A stretch of DNA of 64,000 nucleotides, from NCBI GenBank assembly GCA_013239625.1, contig MU054541.1:9405530-9469529 (forward strand), in the 5' to 3' direction. Each line of letters begins with the position of its first letter. The first letter of the stretch is position 1. This document shows, piece after piece, positions 52,701 to 64,000 of this stretch. Position numbers and translations under genes: made by a program. This stretch comes from Lama guanicoe. Taxonomy: Eukaryota. Under the pieces are notes generated by a model. That model had not been told where the DNA came from. It searched no databases and was given only the letters and a program-made list of their open reading frames with translations.

Positions 52701-54879
52701 CTTTACTCCCAGGACAGTATAAAGTACTCTTACATTCTATAAAATGAGGAAAGCGGGGCGGAATGTAGTATTGATGCTTTTTTAGTTATCTGGTTCTTCT
52801 CAGAGTACCAGAACAGGGAGTTGTTCAGATGTTTCTCCAGGATAATCTATCTCTGTTGAATTCCCTACGCAACTGCCTTTAAATTACATAGACGTCTGAA
52901 GGGGGGTAAAAACAATTGAGAAATGATGAAATCTGCAGTAGCTGACTGCATAGTCTTACACCTTGAGTCGTTAAAACAGTCAACCTGCAAGTAAGAACTA
53001 TAGCTTTCATCCCTTTGGAATTTTACAACCCCAGTGAAAGTGAATTTAGGCTAGAGATCTACCGTGACAAATGGAATGAACCTCCAGAACTGGAACCTAT
53101 CTCTACTTCCCATCTGACATCATAAATAAGGAGGATTATGAATATGATGCAACAGCCATAGCCTAGAAGGACGCAGCATGAAACAATCAGCCACATTTAC
53201 ACTGTCTCCTGAGAACAGGCTCCCATTTTTTTTTTCAAGATGAAAAGACTCTTTCAAAATTAAATCTATACATACAATATATGAAGAGGAGAAAAGAGAG
53301 CAAGGATCTGATGGAGTAGGATAAACTTGGAGGCCTTCCATTTCGAAAGATCAGATGGCAAATGCCAGTTGATCTTTTATTTCATAAGGAAATCAATGAG
53401 AAAACAAGGCTGTCAATCTAAATCCCTTGTTGGGAAATAAGCAGAAAAGAATGCAACTCTGAATGTCTAGTTTCAGACAGAATAATATGACAAATACATT
53501 CAAGACGAAGTCGTGTTAATCTAGAAGCAATCTGGGGGGCACCAAGTATTGTGACTTTTACCAACTCAGATGATGTTCAGGAGTCCCAGGAGTATCTCAG
53601 CATTTTGCTACATGTAAAGTAACTAGGCAAGAAGGTTTTTAACTGGATTATCTAAAGCTTTCTGAACTACTCATTCAAAATGAAAAGTACCTTTAGAAAT
53701 ATTTGGCAGTTAAGGTCAAGTGATCCTCAAAATCAGAGAGGCTAACCAGTTTGGAATTTTTTTTTTCCCTGTAAAAATCTAAACCACGTGGAAACATCTA
53801 AAAGAGAGATGTGTGATGAAGCGTTAAGTGTCCTCATCACACGATAATAAGCAATGATCCTGATTCCTCCCATTATTAAAGTGTGAACTTCAACGAAGGT
53901 CCAAGTGGAGGGTGTGCATGAACAAAGTTCCTCATCCCCAACGTAGTAACCCACCTGCTGAACTTGTGCAGTGCTGAGTAGCTACCTTAGATGAACTCTT
54001 CGCGGCCCACGAGGTAGGAGATGGGACTGTTTATCTACTGTTGTTTGTGATGACATCCAAGTCATGTAGGTCAGCACTTCCCACAGTGTGTTTAGCAGGA
54101 CAGCAACCCCCAGAGATGCTTGGAGGACAATGATTTGGGGAAATGTGTGTGCCACCTGAGACGCGTAGTGTTCATTAGCAGCAGAGGGCCTTGGTTTAAC
54201 CCAGTGTTTCTTCCAAATTCATTTGACAATATGATCCTTTTTTTTTTTTTTTAATGGAGTACGAGGGGACTTTCTTCACTCTGAGGAGAATCTTCTGGGA
54301 AACACTGACCTAAGCACCAGGTTGCGGGAAGCAAAAGTGATGTTTTGTTGTAAAAAGGAATCAGGGAAGTCAGCTCTTCTAACTCAGCAGGGACACAGAG
54401 AGGCCAAGATCTTTTGTAAAGAGCTATCCGGCCAATGTTTGCATCAATCACAACTGAGAACCCAAAGTCCTATAATATTAAATGAACAAGGCATGACTGA
54501 CCAGAAAGATCCTAACAGAGCAAAGTGATCAGCCATCTACCTCCCTGTCCTCCTGTGGTCCTGGCAGAAACTTCAGATGGCAGAGGTCTGCATTCCAATG
54601 AGCTCCTCGATGGGCCAGCCCGCCATCCAGCCCCCAGATAAGTAAAGACTAGACTTAAACCGTGATCAGCTCAATACCACATAGTAGCTGTCCAAAATAA
54701 CAATCTTGGTTTTGACATAATTGATATTAGGTACTTCTTCCTAACAGTTATGCACAGTATAATTTCCTCTGGAGTCAGAGAGCATGAGAGTAGCACTACG
54801 TCACCAGCACAGACGAGGTGATTTATTTCCCCTCTTACTGTGGGAGAGGTGCCGGCAGCCAGCTTCACCCAGTGATGAA

Positions 54880-55670
54880 GTGCGTGAGAAAAAGGATCAC
54901 AGACTCATTTTAAGCTGCAAGTTGTGCTGTTTAAAGCACATTCTTCGTGGATCTTGATCCAATCCTGGTCTGAACAAACTAGCTGTAAAAGCATTTTGGG
55001 GTCAGTTGGGAAAATATAAATATGGACTGGATATTAGATGATGTTAGGGAATTATTCTTAGTTTTGCAACATTTGATAACAGTCTTGGGTTTATACAGGA
55101 TATTTTCCTGAGTATTTATTGATGAATTATTAGAGCTGTCTGCAATCTACCTTAAAACACATCAGGGGGAAAAAATACGGCCAAATCTTAGTAACTGTTA
55201 GGTGATGGCTTTATCACGAAACAATTGTACAATAATACTCTACAATTCTCTCAGTGTCTCTTAATGTTTGAAAAATTTTCAAAATAAAAAGTAAAACACA
55301 CAAAATGAATCTTTCAAGTAATGTTCAGGGAAAAAAGCAAGACAGACAGATATATTGTGATTCCATTTCCATCAAATTCAAACTCTGGGAAAACTACAGG
55401 TGTGGTTTAGAGATGCACCTCTCTCAACTTACAAGCTACAAAGAAAAGGGTATTTTGACAACAAAAAATTAGGACAGTGGCCACATCTGGTTGGGAGGGA
55501 ATCTCTCAGGCACATTCAGGAGCTTCCGGGCACTGTCAATATGTATATGTATTTTTTCTGATTTGGCAGCAGTTACATGGTGGTCATTTTATAACCATCG
55601 GTTAAACTGTACAATGATGCTTAATGCATTTTCATTTAATGTGAGTTTCATTTTCCAAAGCAAAACACTA
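54880..55670 (+). mobile_element. Old L1MC/ME 3' fragments
   Basis: ggatcttgatccaatcctggtctgaacaaac...aatatggactggatattagatgatgttagggaattatt...atgtttgaaaaattttcaaaataaaaag; then aagcaagaca...gtgattccattt. Confidence 0.65.
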
Positions 55671-57189
55671 AAACGACATTCTTACTAACTCTGCTTCTCT
55701 TTTTACTGTTGCAATGGTCTCTGAAGAGGAATAAAAAACCCAGTCACCATATAATGAAATGACATCGCTGGCCAGCAGACTAACTCCTGCTAATGAAAGA
55801 AGGTGCAATTATAAGGCAATAAAAGCCACAAGTCCCTTCCTGGTCATTTATTCAAATAGGTTGGATTATGAGTATAGAAGGATAGCTCTTCATGCCTGCA
55901 AGTCTCTTAGCAGGACAGGGACCCGAAGTTTCACGGGGAGAAAGTTGGCAGGAAGTTTTAGAGGTGAGAAATTTTGCAGAAGTTAGGATTCTGATTTTTG
56001 GAAACAAGGTGGACTGTTGTTGGAGTGATCAGGAAGAAGCAACTAAGGGGAGAGTGGTTTTGCGAGGATCAGACTCAACAGTGGGAAGGCACTGAGGAAA
56101 GCTGATGTTATATTTGCAGATTCCAACTTCTCTCTCTCTTTACCTCAATCTGCACAGGAAACTTCAGTCCAAGTTCTAACAGAGCAACCATCAGTTTTCT
56201 CTTCTGAGGTTGACAGGACACAAAAGAAGTAAGTCCTTCTCCATTTACTGGTCCCCTCTTATGGGAACCTGGTAGGACATGATTTAATCAAACTAAGATC
56301 TGAAAAACAATTTATGTTGAGCCCTGTTTACAACCTTCACTTTGTCCTTTCACCCATATTCCACCTATTCCGAGAGACGTTTTCATTAAATGTGAAACAG
56401 GTGGCCTTAGAGTGATAGAGAAGGCAATGTGATCGAAGTGTTTATGTTAGAAATAAAGGTTCAGTGCTTTGGGGTTTGCTTCTGTGACTTGTAGGAAAGT
56501 GTGTAATAACATCTTATGTTTTTCTGATGGTGCACAGAGCCACAATTCACATTTCCACCGTGTTCCCTGCTACCTCTAGCAACCTCTCAACACAGGAATA
56601 AAAAGAAAAGTCATTGATTTAGAGCTAGTTAAGTGAGTTTCTCTTCCAGATGTAGGAAGCATAATGCTGTACTGTATTTCATTCCAGACACCTAATTATT
56701 ATTGATCGCTTTATGAGAGAAGTGTACTGCCTGAAGCACTGAAGAATGGAAATCTGAAATCCTGCCCAGAACAGCTTAACACCCCAGCTACCACCTGTTA
56801 CCTCAAAGATAATAGGGTCCTTGTTCAAAGGGTTTTGAGGAGCCAAGTTAATGGAAATAAGGTCTCCTGCTTCATTGCTTGTTTTTCCACTCATGGGCAG
56901 ATCAACTCTGCTGACATGAAGTCTTTTAAAGGCAGTGTTAAGAGGTTTAGGCTTTAAAATCTTAGTTCTCTGACACTCTGTAAGACAGAGAAAGATGTCA
57001 GCGTTAGATGGAGGGTTTTTATTTGCTCTTATTAACCACGGTCAGAACTAAAGTCAACTAATGATTTTGAACACAAATTTTAAAACTCTTAACTATGTGT
57101 ATTTATGTCAAAGTTCTTCTCAGACAAACGTTTTGCCTGAAAGGGACATTCTGTGTGAAGTCCTGATTGCGCCCTTCCATTGCCATGGT

Positions 57190-57370
57190 AACACCGTGCA
57201 TTAGGAGCTGCTCTGTGTGCTTTTCATGTAGTACTTTACGTAAGTTCCAAAACAACTCCAGAGAGTTGGTACTACTATCTCCACTTTTCAGACAAAGAAG
57301 ATGTGAAGTAACTTGCCCAAGGTACAAAACTGGACTTGAACTCCAGCCGTGCAATTCCCGCATGTGAAGG
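57190..57370 (-). mobile_element. MIR SINE
   Basis: aacaactccagagagttggtactactatctccacttttcagacaaaga...gaagtaacttgcccaaggtacaaaactggacttgaactccag. Confidence 0.75.
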
Positions 57371-58825
57371 CTGCCCATCGAAGACTTTAAAAGCTATGAA
57401 TATGCCTCACAGCTTATCCAGACCATCCATAAATAAACATGTGCAGATAGGCCACAGTGCACACACAGAAGAACTAAAGATATAATTGTTGCTGTTTACT
57501 AGGCAAAATTTTGTAGCTTGTAAACTATGATCATTTCTTAAATGATTTTATTAAGTTTAATTGTCATCGAATGAGGTTTCACATACACAGACAAAGCATA
57601 CCGCCTTGTGCACGGAACTCAATACACTGTGATGGTTTTTACGCTCACTCTGCACTTTAGGAAGAAGTTAAACTGGCCAGAGGAAACATAGAGTCACACA
57701 CAAATTTATAATTTCTCTCTTCTTTTATATGCGTGGGATAAGTAATAGCCGTGTTTAGGAAGGGAGATATCTGTGCAGTTACTTCTCATCGGTCATTTCA
57801 AGTGGAGAGAACTACACAGGTAAGAAACATGCAGATTTGCTATAGATTTTGATGCCCATCCTGGAAATATTGAGCTATATCACGACTTTTACACCATAGC
57901 AGGGCAGAAATGCTCATGAAAAACAGATGTATATTACACATAATTAAATAACAAACTCTTCCAAATCTAAGAAAAAGTCCAAGTAATTTAAGAACATCCT
58001 TTCCTAGTCTGCACACCAAATATTTTTTTCACTCCTGTCTCAATCTTCTCCTTTTGCATAAAAGATGCTTCACTCAGAAACAGACAGGGTTTGGCTACTT
58101 CATCTGAGCATTTGCCAGCTAACGATAAAAACATTATGGCCAAATAGCCATTCTCTTCAAACAGGAGAACTGAAATATTAATCTGTATTATGGGGGGAAA
58201 AAATCAACCTTAAGTACTTGGATATTATCCCTGAAAAAAATCCCAGAGTGTTTGAATAGCAGGTGTGTGACTCAAATTATCTACCCAAACAGCAACTGGA
58301 AAAACTGAAAAATATAACGAGAAATCTCATAACATATGCAATGAGGAGGAGAGGTCTAGAAGCTACTCAAAGCTTTCCTTGAAGCACTGCTTGTTCTTCC
58401 AGATGCCACAAGTCCTCCCAGTTATGACAAGGCAGTGAATGTGACACGCGTCACGCTGCTCCCTTCAATGAATGCTCGGTCTTCTCCATTCATCCTTTGT
58501 GACGGCGACTTCTGAGTTTTGTTTCTGATGGGTACTTCTGTGTGTCTTTTGAAGTAACTGTAGCACGCCTAGTGAAAGCTGACAAATGTGCAACCCTTAA
58601 TTCACAAATGAAAATAGCAGAATTCAATTTCTTTCATTTGCTTGAGGCTGATTCTTTATGTTATCACAAATGGAAAAATTTTTTCCCCCATAAAGTTGTC
58701 CAGCAGTTTCTCAATTCTAGGGATTGACTCTCAGTGATGGGTTGATTTGAGTACATGCTGGACCACAGCAGCACTTCAGAATTCAGATTCTGAGTCTTAG
58801 TACTGTTAACCAAGCAGGACTCTAC

Positions 58826-59571
58826 TGTCACGAGTGACCATCTGATAGCTGTAGTGGAGTTTGTAACTGCTTAACTGTAAAATGGCTGAAACGGTTTTCC
58901 TCACGCTCTTGCCGACGAGGACTGGGCTGGAGCGGCGGGGGCGGGGGGCTGCTCGGGTGATCTGCCCATGCCCCTCATTGCGCTCCCAGTACCTCAGAGA
59001 CAGCAGCTGGGTGTTGTGTGCATCTTGTTTTTCATAACTCACCCCACCTACTCAAGTCTGCAGCTATTTTTAGCCCCTTATGGTTTCTCTGTGTTCTGTT
59101 GTCCCAGCCTGAGCAAACACTGCAGCAAGAGGTCTCAGGCCTCCGCCTGCCTAAACTGCTACGAGCATCTATCAGCCTGACTTTAAACTGCACAAGTCTT
59201 TCCCTAGAGCACATTTCCACAGACCCCTTGCCTAAGCCTTTGTTCCAGGCACAAGAATATTAGAAAAGTTCCAAAGCCAGAGGTGAACACCACACCCAGC
59301 AGAGGGAAGGAGACCCCTGAATCTGCAAAAACAAGGACAACTTTGCAACAAATTGTTACCCTGTATGTGATCTCTGTGGAAAACAGTGCTTTCCCTTAAA
59401 CTCCTACTATAACCCCCCACCTTCTCTCCCCAGCAGGCTCACAGTCTTGGAGGCATTAGCCCAACTCCTTTGCCTGACCAAGAAATAAAGCTGCCTTTTC
59501 TACTTTATCCAAAACTCTGTCCTTGCATCTCAATTTGGCACGCAGGGTACAGAGGCCGAGTTTCAGCAACA
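58826..59571 (+). mobile_element. ERV1-class solo LTR (cetartiodactyl type), TG...CA with 4-bp TSD CTAC
   Basis: ctac|TGtcacgag ... tttgcctgaccaagaAATAAAgctgcc...ccaaaactctgtc...tacagaggccgagtttcagcaaCA|ctac. The 3' half is clearly LTR R/U5-like; the 5' boundary rests only on TG + the 4-bp TSD. Confidence 0.7.
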
Positions 59572-59977
59572 CTACCACCCGGGCTTGACTGGCGAGGGGA
59601 GGAAGTATTCGATGGCTGTGGTACTGATGGGAACCCAGTTGACAGCAATGGTGTTCAAAGGCGAAGTCAACGATCAACCCACTTTTCTTTCTTCCTTGCC
59701 AACCCACAAACAGAGGGCGTGGTGGCACCTCATCACTAAGTTAACAGAAAATCTTGCCTGAGGTTGTGTCTGTACAATATTACAGAACGAGTCACGAAAA
59801 CAGATCAATCAGCTTGATTTGATTTCTCTCCCTATTAAAACATGCTGTCACCTGACAGAGCTAACTCGATAAATGAACTGCTGTGAAACCATGAAGACAG
59901 GGCCTCAACAGAAACGGTCTGGACTTTGTTACACTTTCTGTCAAAACTATTAGCCCAGGGATGCCATCAGCTTAGTA

Positions 59978-60690
59978 TTTTTTTAATTATGGAAAAATAC
60001 ACATATCATTTGAAATTTACCATCTTAACCACTTCCAAGGGTACAGTTCAGTAGTGTTAAGTATATTCATATTGTTGTGTAACAAATATTTTCATCTTGT
60101 AAAACTGAAACTCTATACCCATTAAACATTGAANNNNNNNNNNNNNNNNNNNNNNNNNNNNNNNNNNNNNNNNNNNNNNNNNNNNNNNNNNNNNNNNNNN
60201 NNNNNNNNNNNNNNNNNNNNNNNNNNNNNNNNNNNNNNNNNNNNNNNNNNNNNNNNNNNNNNNNNNNNNNNNNNNNNNNNNNNNNNNTGCAGCATGTGAC
60301 AGGACTTCCTTTTTAAAGCTGAATAAATATTCCATGGTCTGTATATAGCATGTTTTGTTTATCCATTTATCTGTTGATGGGCACTTGGGTTGCTTCTGCC
60401 TCTTGGCTATTGTGACTAATGCTGCTATGATCATGTGTATGCAAATAATCTCTTTGAGATTCTGCTTCAGTTCTCCTGGGTATATACCCAGAAGTGGAAT
60501 GGCTGGATCATGTATNNNNNNNNNNNNNNNNNNNNNNNNNNNNNNNNNNNNNNNNNNNNNNNNNNNNNNNNNNNNNNNNNNNNNNNNNNNNNNNNNNNNN
60601 NNNNNNNNNNNNNNNNNNNNNNNNNNNNNNNNNNNNNNNNNNNCTGCCTTTTTTTTTTTAATAGCCATCCTAATGGGTGTGAGGAGATGA
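59978..60690 (-). mobile_element. L1 3' portion (L1MA9/L1MB-like; ORF2 C-terminus remnant + 3'UTR) with two N-gaps (60134-60287, 60516-60643)
   Basis: ORF 60057..60668 gives HDPAIPLLGIYP...KQPKCPSTDKWINK, the L1 ORF2 C-terminal signature; the 3'UTR matches the copy at 18500-18881 in reverse. Confidence 0.92.
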
Positions 60691-61323
60691 GCTTACCTTT
60701 AAGATGTCAAGACTCAGGGAGAGGGGAATTAATGAGAATCTAATATCTAGCATCTAATATTTGGCTATGAGCTTAAATGCTTTTAAAAGTTGCCATTTCT
60801 TCACCTCGGGTCGCAGAAATAATATAAGCTAAAGGCCTCTTTGACCCTTTGGGATTATAGGACTTGATTTCTTTATAGAGAAAAGTAGGGATAAATTTTA
60901 TGGAAAGGATGAATAATAAGATTACATTTTTGGAAAAAAAAAGGTTTGCTGTTGCTGTAATTTTTACATTATTTTCAAAAATAGAAACGTATCCATGTAT
61001 CTCTTTATGATTCATGGAGGACAGTAGCTTCAATGCAAATCTGTCTCTATTTTGTGTAATGAAAGCGTTTAATTTTATGAGCCAAAGTTTCTAGTTTACA
61101 AGGAAATCTGGCTACTGGAATGCACTTGGGTCTCTTTCTTTGAAGCTTCAAAGGGCCTTGAAACAATGCTGTTCATTCAACTTGAAATCCTCAAATGAAA
61201 ATTTGGGGGGAAAAATACAATTGAATTCAAAGGTAGAAAGTATGGACTCTGTAAGCTTTTCAACCCCATGTTTAAAATAGAATATATTTCTAATGCAAAG
61301 AATTAGATTGTGAATATGCAGAG

Positions 61324-61511
61324 CAGGTGTTGGCAAATGTTTTCTGCAAAGGGCCAGACAGCCACAGTTTTGTGGAAAGTACCCGACTCTTGTCACAGCA
61401 GCCGCAGACAGTACGCAGATGAGCAAGGTGGCTGTATTCCAATAAAACAACACTTACAAAAACAGGGTGGGAGGTGGATTTGGCCTGCGGGTCATAGTTT
61501 GCTAACCCCTG
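61324..61511 (+). mobile_element. MER58A-like hAT-Charlie MITE
   Basis: TIRs caggtgttggcaaa ... tttgctaacccctg; internal aaagggccaga...ttccaataaaac...ggatttggcctgcggg; degenerate flanks atgcagag / ctgtagaa. Confidence 0.88.
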
Positions 61512-61660
61512 CTGTAGAAGGTCAAAGAAAAAAAACTTCAAAAATTAGTTTTCTCATAAGTTGAAGAAGGAACAAAGCTTCAAGCTCTGTGGCAAAAAAA
61601 AAAAGGGGGGGGAGACAAATGGCAAAATAAACCTTCCTGATATTTCTTTCAAAACTAAAT

Positions 61661-62250
61661 GTGGAGAAAACTATAATTCGAAACAACACCTCCCACCCCA
61701 GTGTTCACAGCAGCACTATTTACAATAGCCAAGACATGGAAACCACCTCAATGTCCATCGACAGATGACTGGATAAAGATGTGGTATATTTATACAATGG
61801 AATACTGCTCGACCATAACAAAAAAGAATGAATTAATGCCATTTGCAGCCACGTGGATGGACCTAGAGTTTATCATATGAAGTGAAGTAAATTAGATAAA
61901 GAAAAACAAATATCATATGATGTCACTTATGTGTGGAATCTAAAAAACAAAATGATACAAATCCTATTTATAAACCAAAAATAGACTTACAGACATAGAA
62001 ACTATGTTCTCCAAAGGGGAAAGGGCAGGGGAGGGATAAATTAGGAGTTTGAGATTAACAGATACACATTACTATATATAAAATAGATAAACAACAAGGA
62101 TCTACTGTATAGCACAGGGAACTATATTCAGTTTCTTATAACAACATATAATAGAAAAGAACCTGAAAAAAAAAGTATATATGTATAAATGAATCGCTTT
62201 GCTGTATACCTGAAACTAACATTGTAAATCAATTACACTTCAATTAAAAA
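61661..62250 (+). mobile_element. L1 3' end (cetartiodactyl/camelid subfamily), 5' truncated, followed by a CA-rich tail
   Basis: gttcacagcagcactatttacaatagccaagacatggaaac...gatgactggataaag...gggagggataaattaggagtttgagattaacagatacac...ctgtatagcacagggaactatattca...acttcaattaaaaa. Confidence 0.93.
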
Positions 62251-62641
62251 CACACACACACACAAACACAAAAATGGCCTAAGTATAAAACTGTGGTTTT
62301 CATGTAAAAAAATGCATTTCAGGGGTCCATGTCATGGTCACACTTTTGATCTTTGATCTGAGGAAACTTATGGTATGTGAGAATCAACATAACCTTGGAT
62401 GTGGAACGCTGAGTCCCAACTTGCTCAAAAGCTAAAGTTCGACTTTACAGAGAAGAAAATCTCAGGCAGAAGTGGCACATTTCATCACAAGTCACTTAAC
62501 AAATTCTTGTTGTCAGAACAAGGAAATGACATTTTCCTCATTAACCACACTTGGAGGCGCCAAGGTAACCAGTGGAAGCAACGCTGGACCAGCCCCACTG
62601 ACGTCCACTTCGTTTCCCCCTTGCAGTTTCTCCCAGAGTGG

Positions 62642-63324
62642 TCACAAGGACTCTCTCCTTGACCAAACTCTAGTCAGGCTCCCCTGAGCCTCTTCTTGAC
62701 TTGGGCCTCAACGAACTCAATTTTCAACACAATTTCATCCACCCTCGACATTAAGAGACTTGAAGAAACACACATAGTTTCTAGCAACTCAAGGCCGTGT
62801 CTCTTGGATGATGACTCCAGCCCCCAACAAAGTGCCTCTTGAGAAACCTCAGTGCTGCCAGAGAACGTACTGCTCGTCCAGCCAACACCTGACACAGGCC
62901 CCTGGACTCCCCTTTCTTCAGGCATTTACTTAAGAAAGCTTACAATAGTAAATCCTTTCTCTGTCCCTCTGAGACAGAGACAGACATATATGTATCTTCT
63001 ACAACCCAAGAGTGTCTTTCTCAAGGACATGGAAGCCATTCCTTTGAAATGCAATCATCAAAAAGAACAGAGCCCCTGTCTCTCAGTTCCTGTGGCGGGT
63101 AGGAGCTGAACTTCCATCAGAGCCCGTGAACAGACACAGACGGCCTGATCACATCTGTGACCCGCCTTTAGGGCTTTTCTGTTAACACACCCAGTGTTTA
63201 AAAGGCCTCCTGCCTTTTGTTGCCATGAAACTGAGCTCAGGTTACACTGGGTACTACGACTGCAATAGCAAGGAACAAAATCTTTCTTCTCGCCTGTAAC
63301 TAACGTCCAGCTTTCTCTCTGACA
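62642..63324 (+). mobile_element. MER31/MER67-like ERV1 solo LTR with perfect 4-bp TSD GTGG
   Basis: gtgg|tcacaaggactctctccttgaccaaactctagtcaggctcc...gtgtctttctcaaggac...gccattcctttgaaatgcaatcatc...ctctctgaCA|gtgg. Confidence 0.85.
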
Positions 63325-64000
63325 GTGGTTACTGCTCCCCATTGCCTTCAGGGGACATTGCTCCATCTTTAATGCTCAGGGCCCAGGAGGGACAAAACTT
63401 CCTCCTCTTATTTTCCTTAGCATGTCTTGTGACACATCACCCCTTCCAGTCCCAAGGGGCCCAAGCAGGCTCTCTGGCTGATGCTTCATAGGCAAGTCCA
63501 AGAGATGTATTTTCCTCTCCCACCCCCTGGAGCCTGCTCTCTCAATTTCAGACTCCTGGAGAGACAAGGCCTCTTGGCCCAGGTGGATGAACCAGGAACA
63601 GACTCACCCATTCCCAGTCCCAGTCCCCACGTATATGGGCCACCTGTGCATTATTACCACATCTTCATACAATACAATAGCATAGGATTCAAACCACAGG
63701 AATTACTGACTACAGAAACCAGACTTACTTTACCTTTATTTTGGACAAAAGAGGATGAAGGAAAAGGTATATGGATGCCTTAATCCCAATAATTTAAACC
63801 TACCAGTGAGGCACCTTTGGAAAGTACCATTTTATGTGGAACCTCTAAATTAGGATGGCTTGGGTCCAAATCTCGTTTACACATTCCATCACCAAAAACT
63901 AAGCATCTTTATCATGAAGGCCCTGGACTAGCTTTAGGTAGTAGGCACATTCCATTAACTTGATTCCTTGGTACATCCTGAAAAATTACTTTTTATCTTC

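Noticed and set aside
60057-60668. 203-aa ORF with L1 ORF2-like peptide
   Set aside because: Decayed L1 fragment; the ORF is open only because it reads through N-gaps.

Overview
Mammalian genomic DNA, most likely a camelid (camel/alpaca-type tRNA-derived SINE and L1 3' ends; this is inference). The whole window appears to lie inside the PHACTR1 (phosphatase and actin regulator 1) gene, transcribed on the minus strand. Four coding exons are supported by translation and GT-AG boundaries: 45776-45696 (81 nt, N-terminal RPEL motif), 26751-26584 (168 nt), a proline-rich cassette exon ending at 24097 whose 5' part is hidden by an assembly N-gap, and 12535-12214 (322 nt). The flanking exons are outside the window. 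The rest is intron, dense in old interspersed repeats (MIR, L2, L1M, MER20/MER5/MER3/MER58 DNA transposons, MaLR/ERVL/ERV1 solo LTRs) plus younger lineage-specific L1/SINE insertions. Almost all entries in the ORF track are chance ORFs. No prokaryotic-type system, RNA gene or CRISPR array is present. The best leads are a candidate 30-nt in-frame microexon (27613-27584, VNRLSSRFKA) directly after RPEL1, a long AG-free zone with a distant branch-point motif ahead of the cassette exon, two 5'-inverted (twin-priming) L1 insertions and a 33-bp tail-only insertion with a perfect target-site duplication (TSD). Repeat family names and orthologue comparisons are from memory of consensus sequences, not from a search, and repeat boundaries are approximate unless a TSD is quoted.
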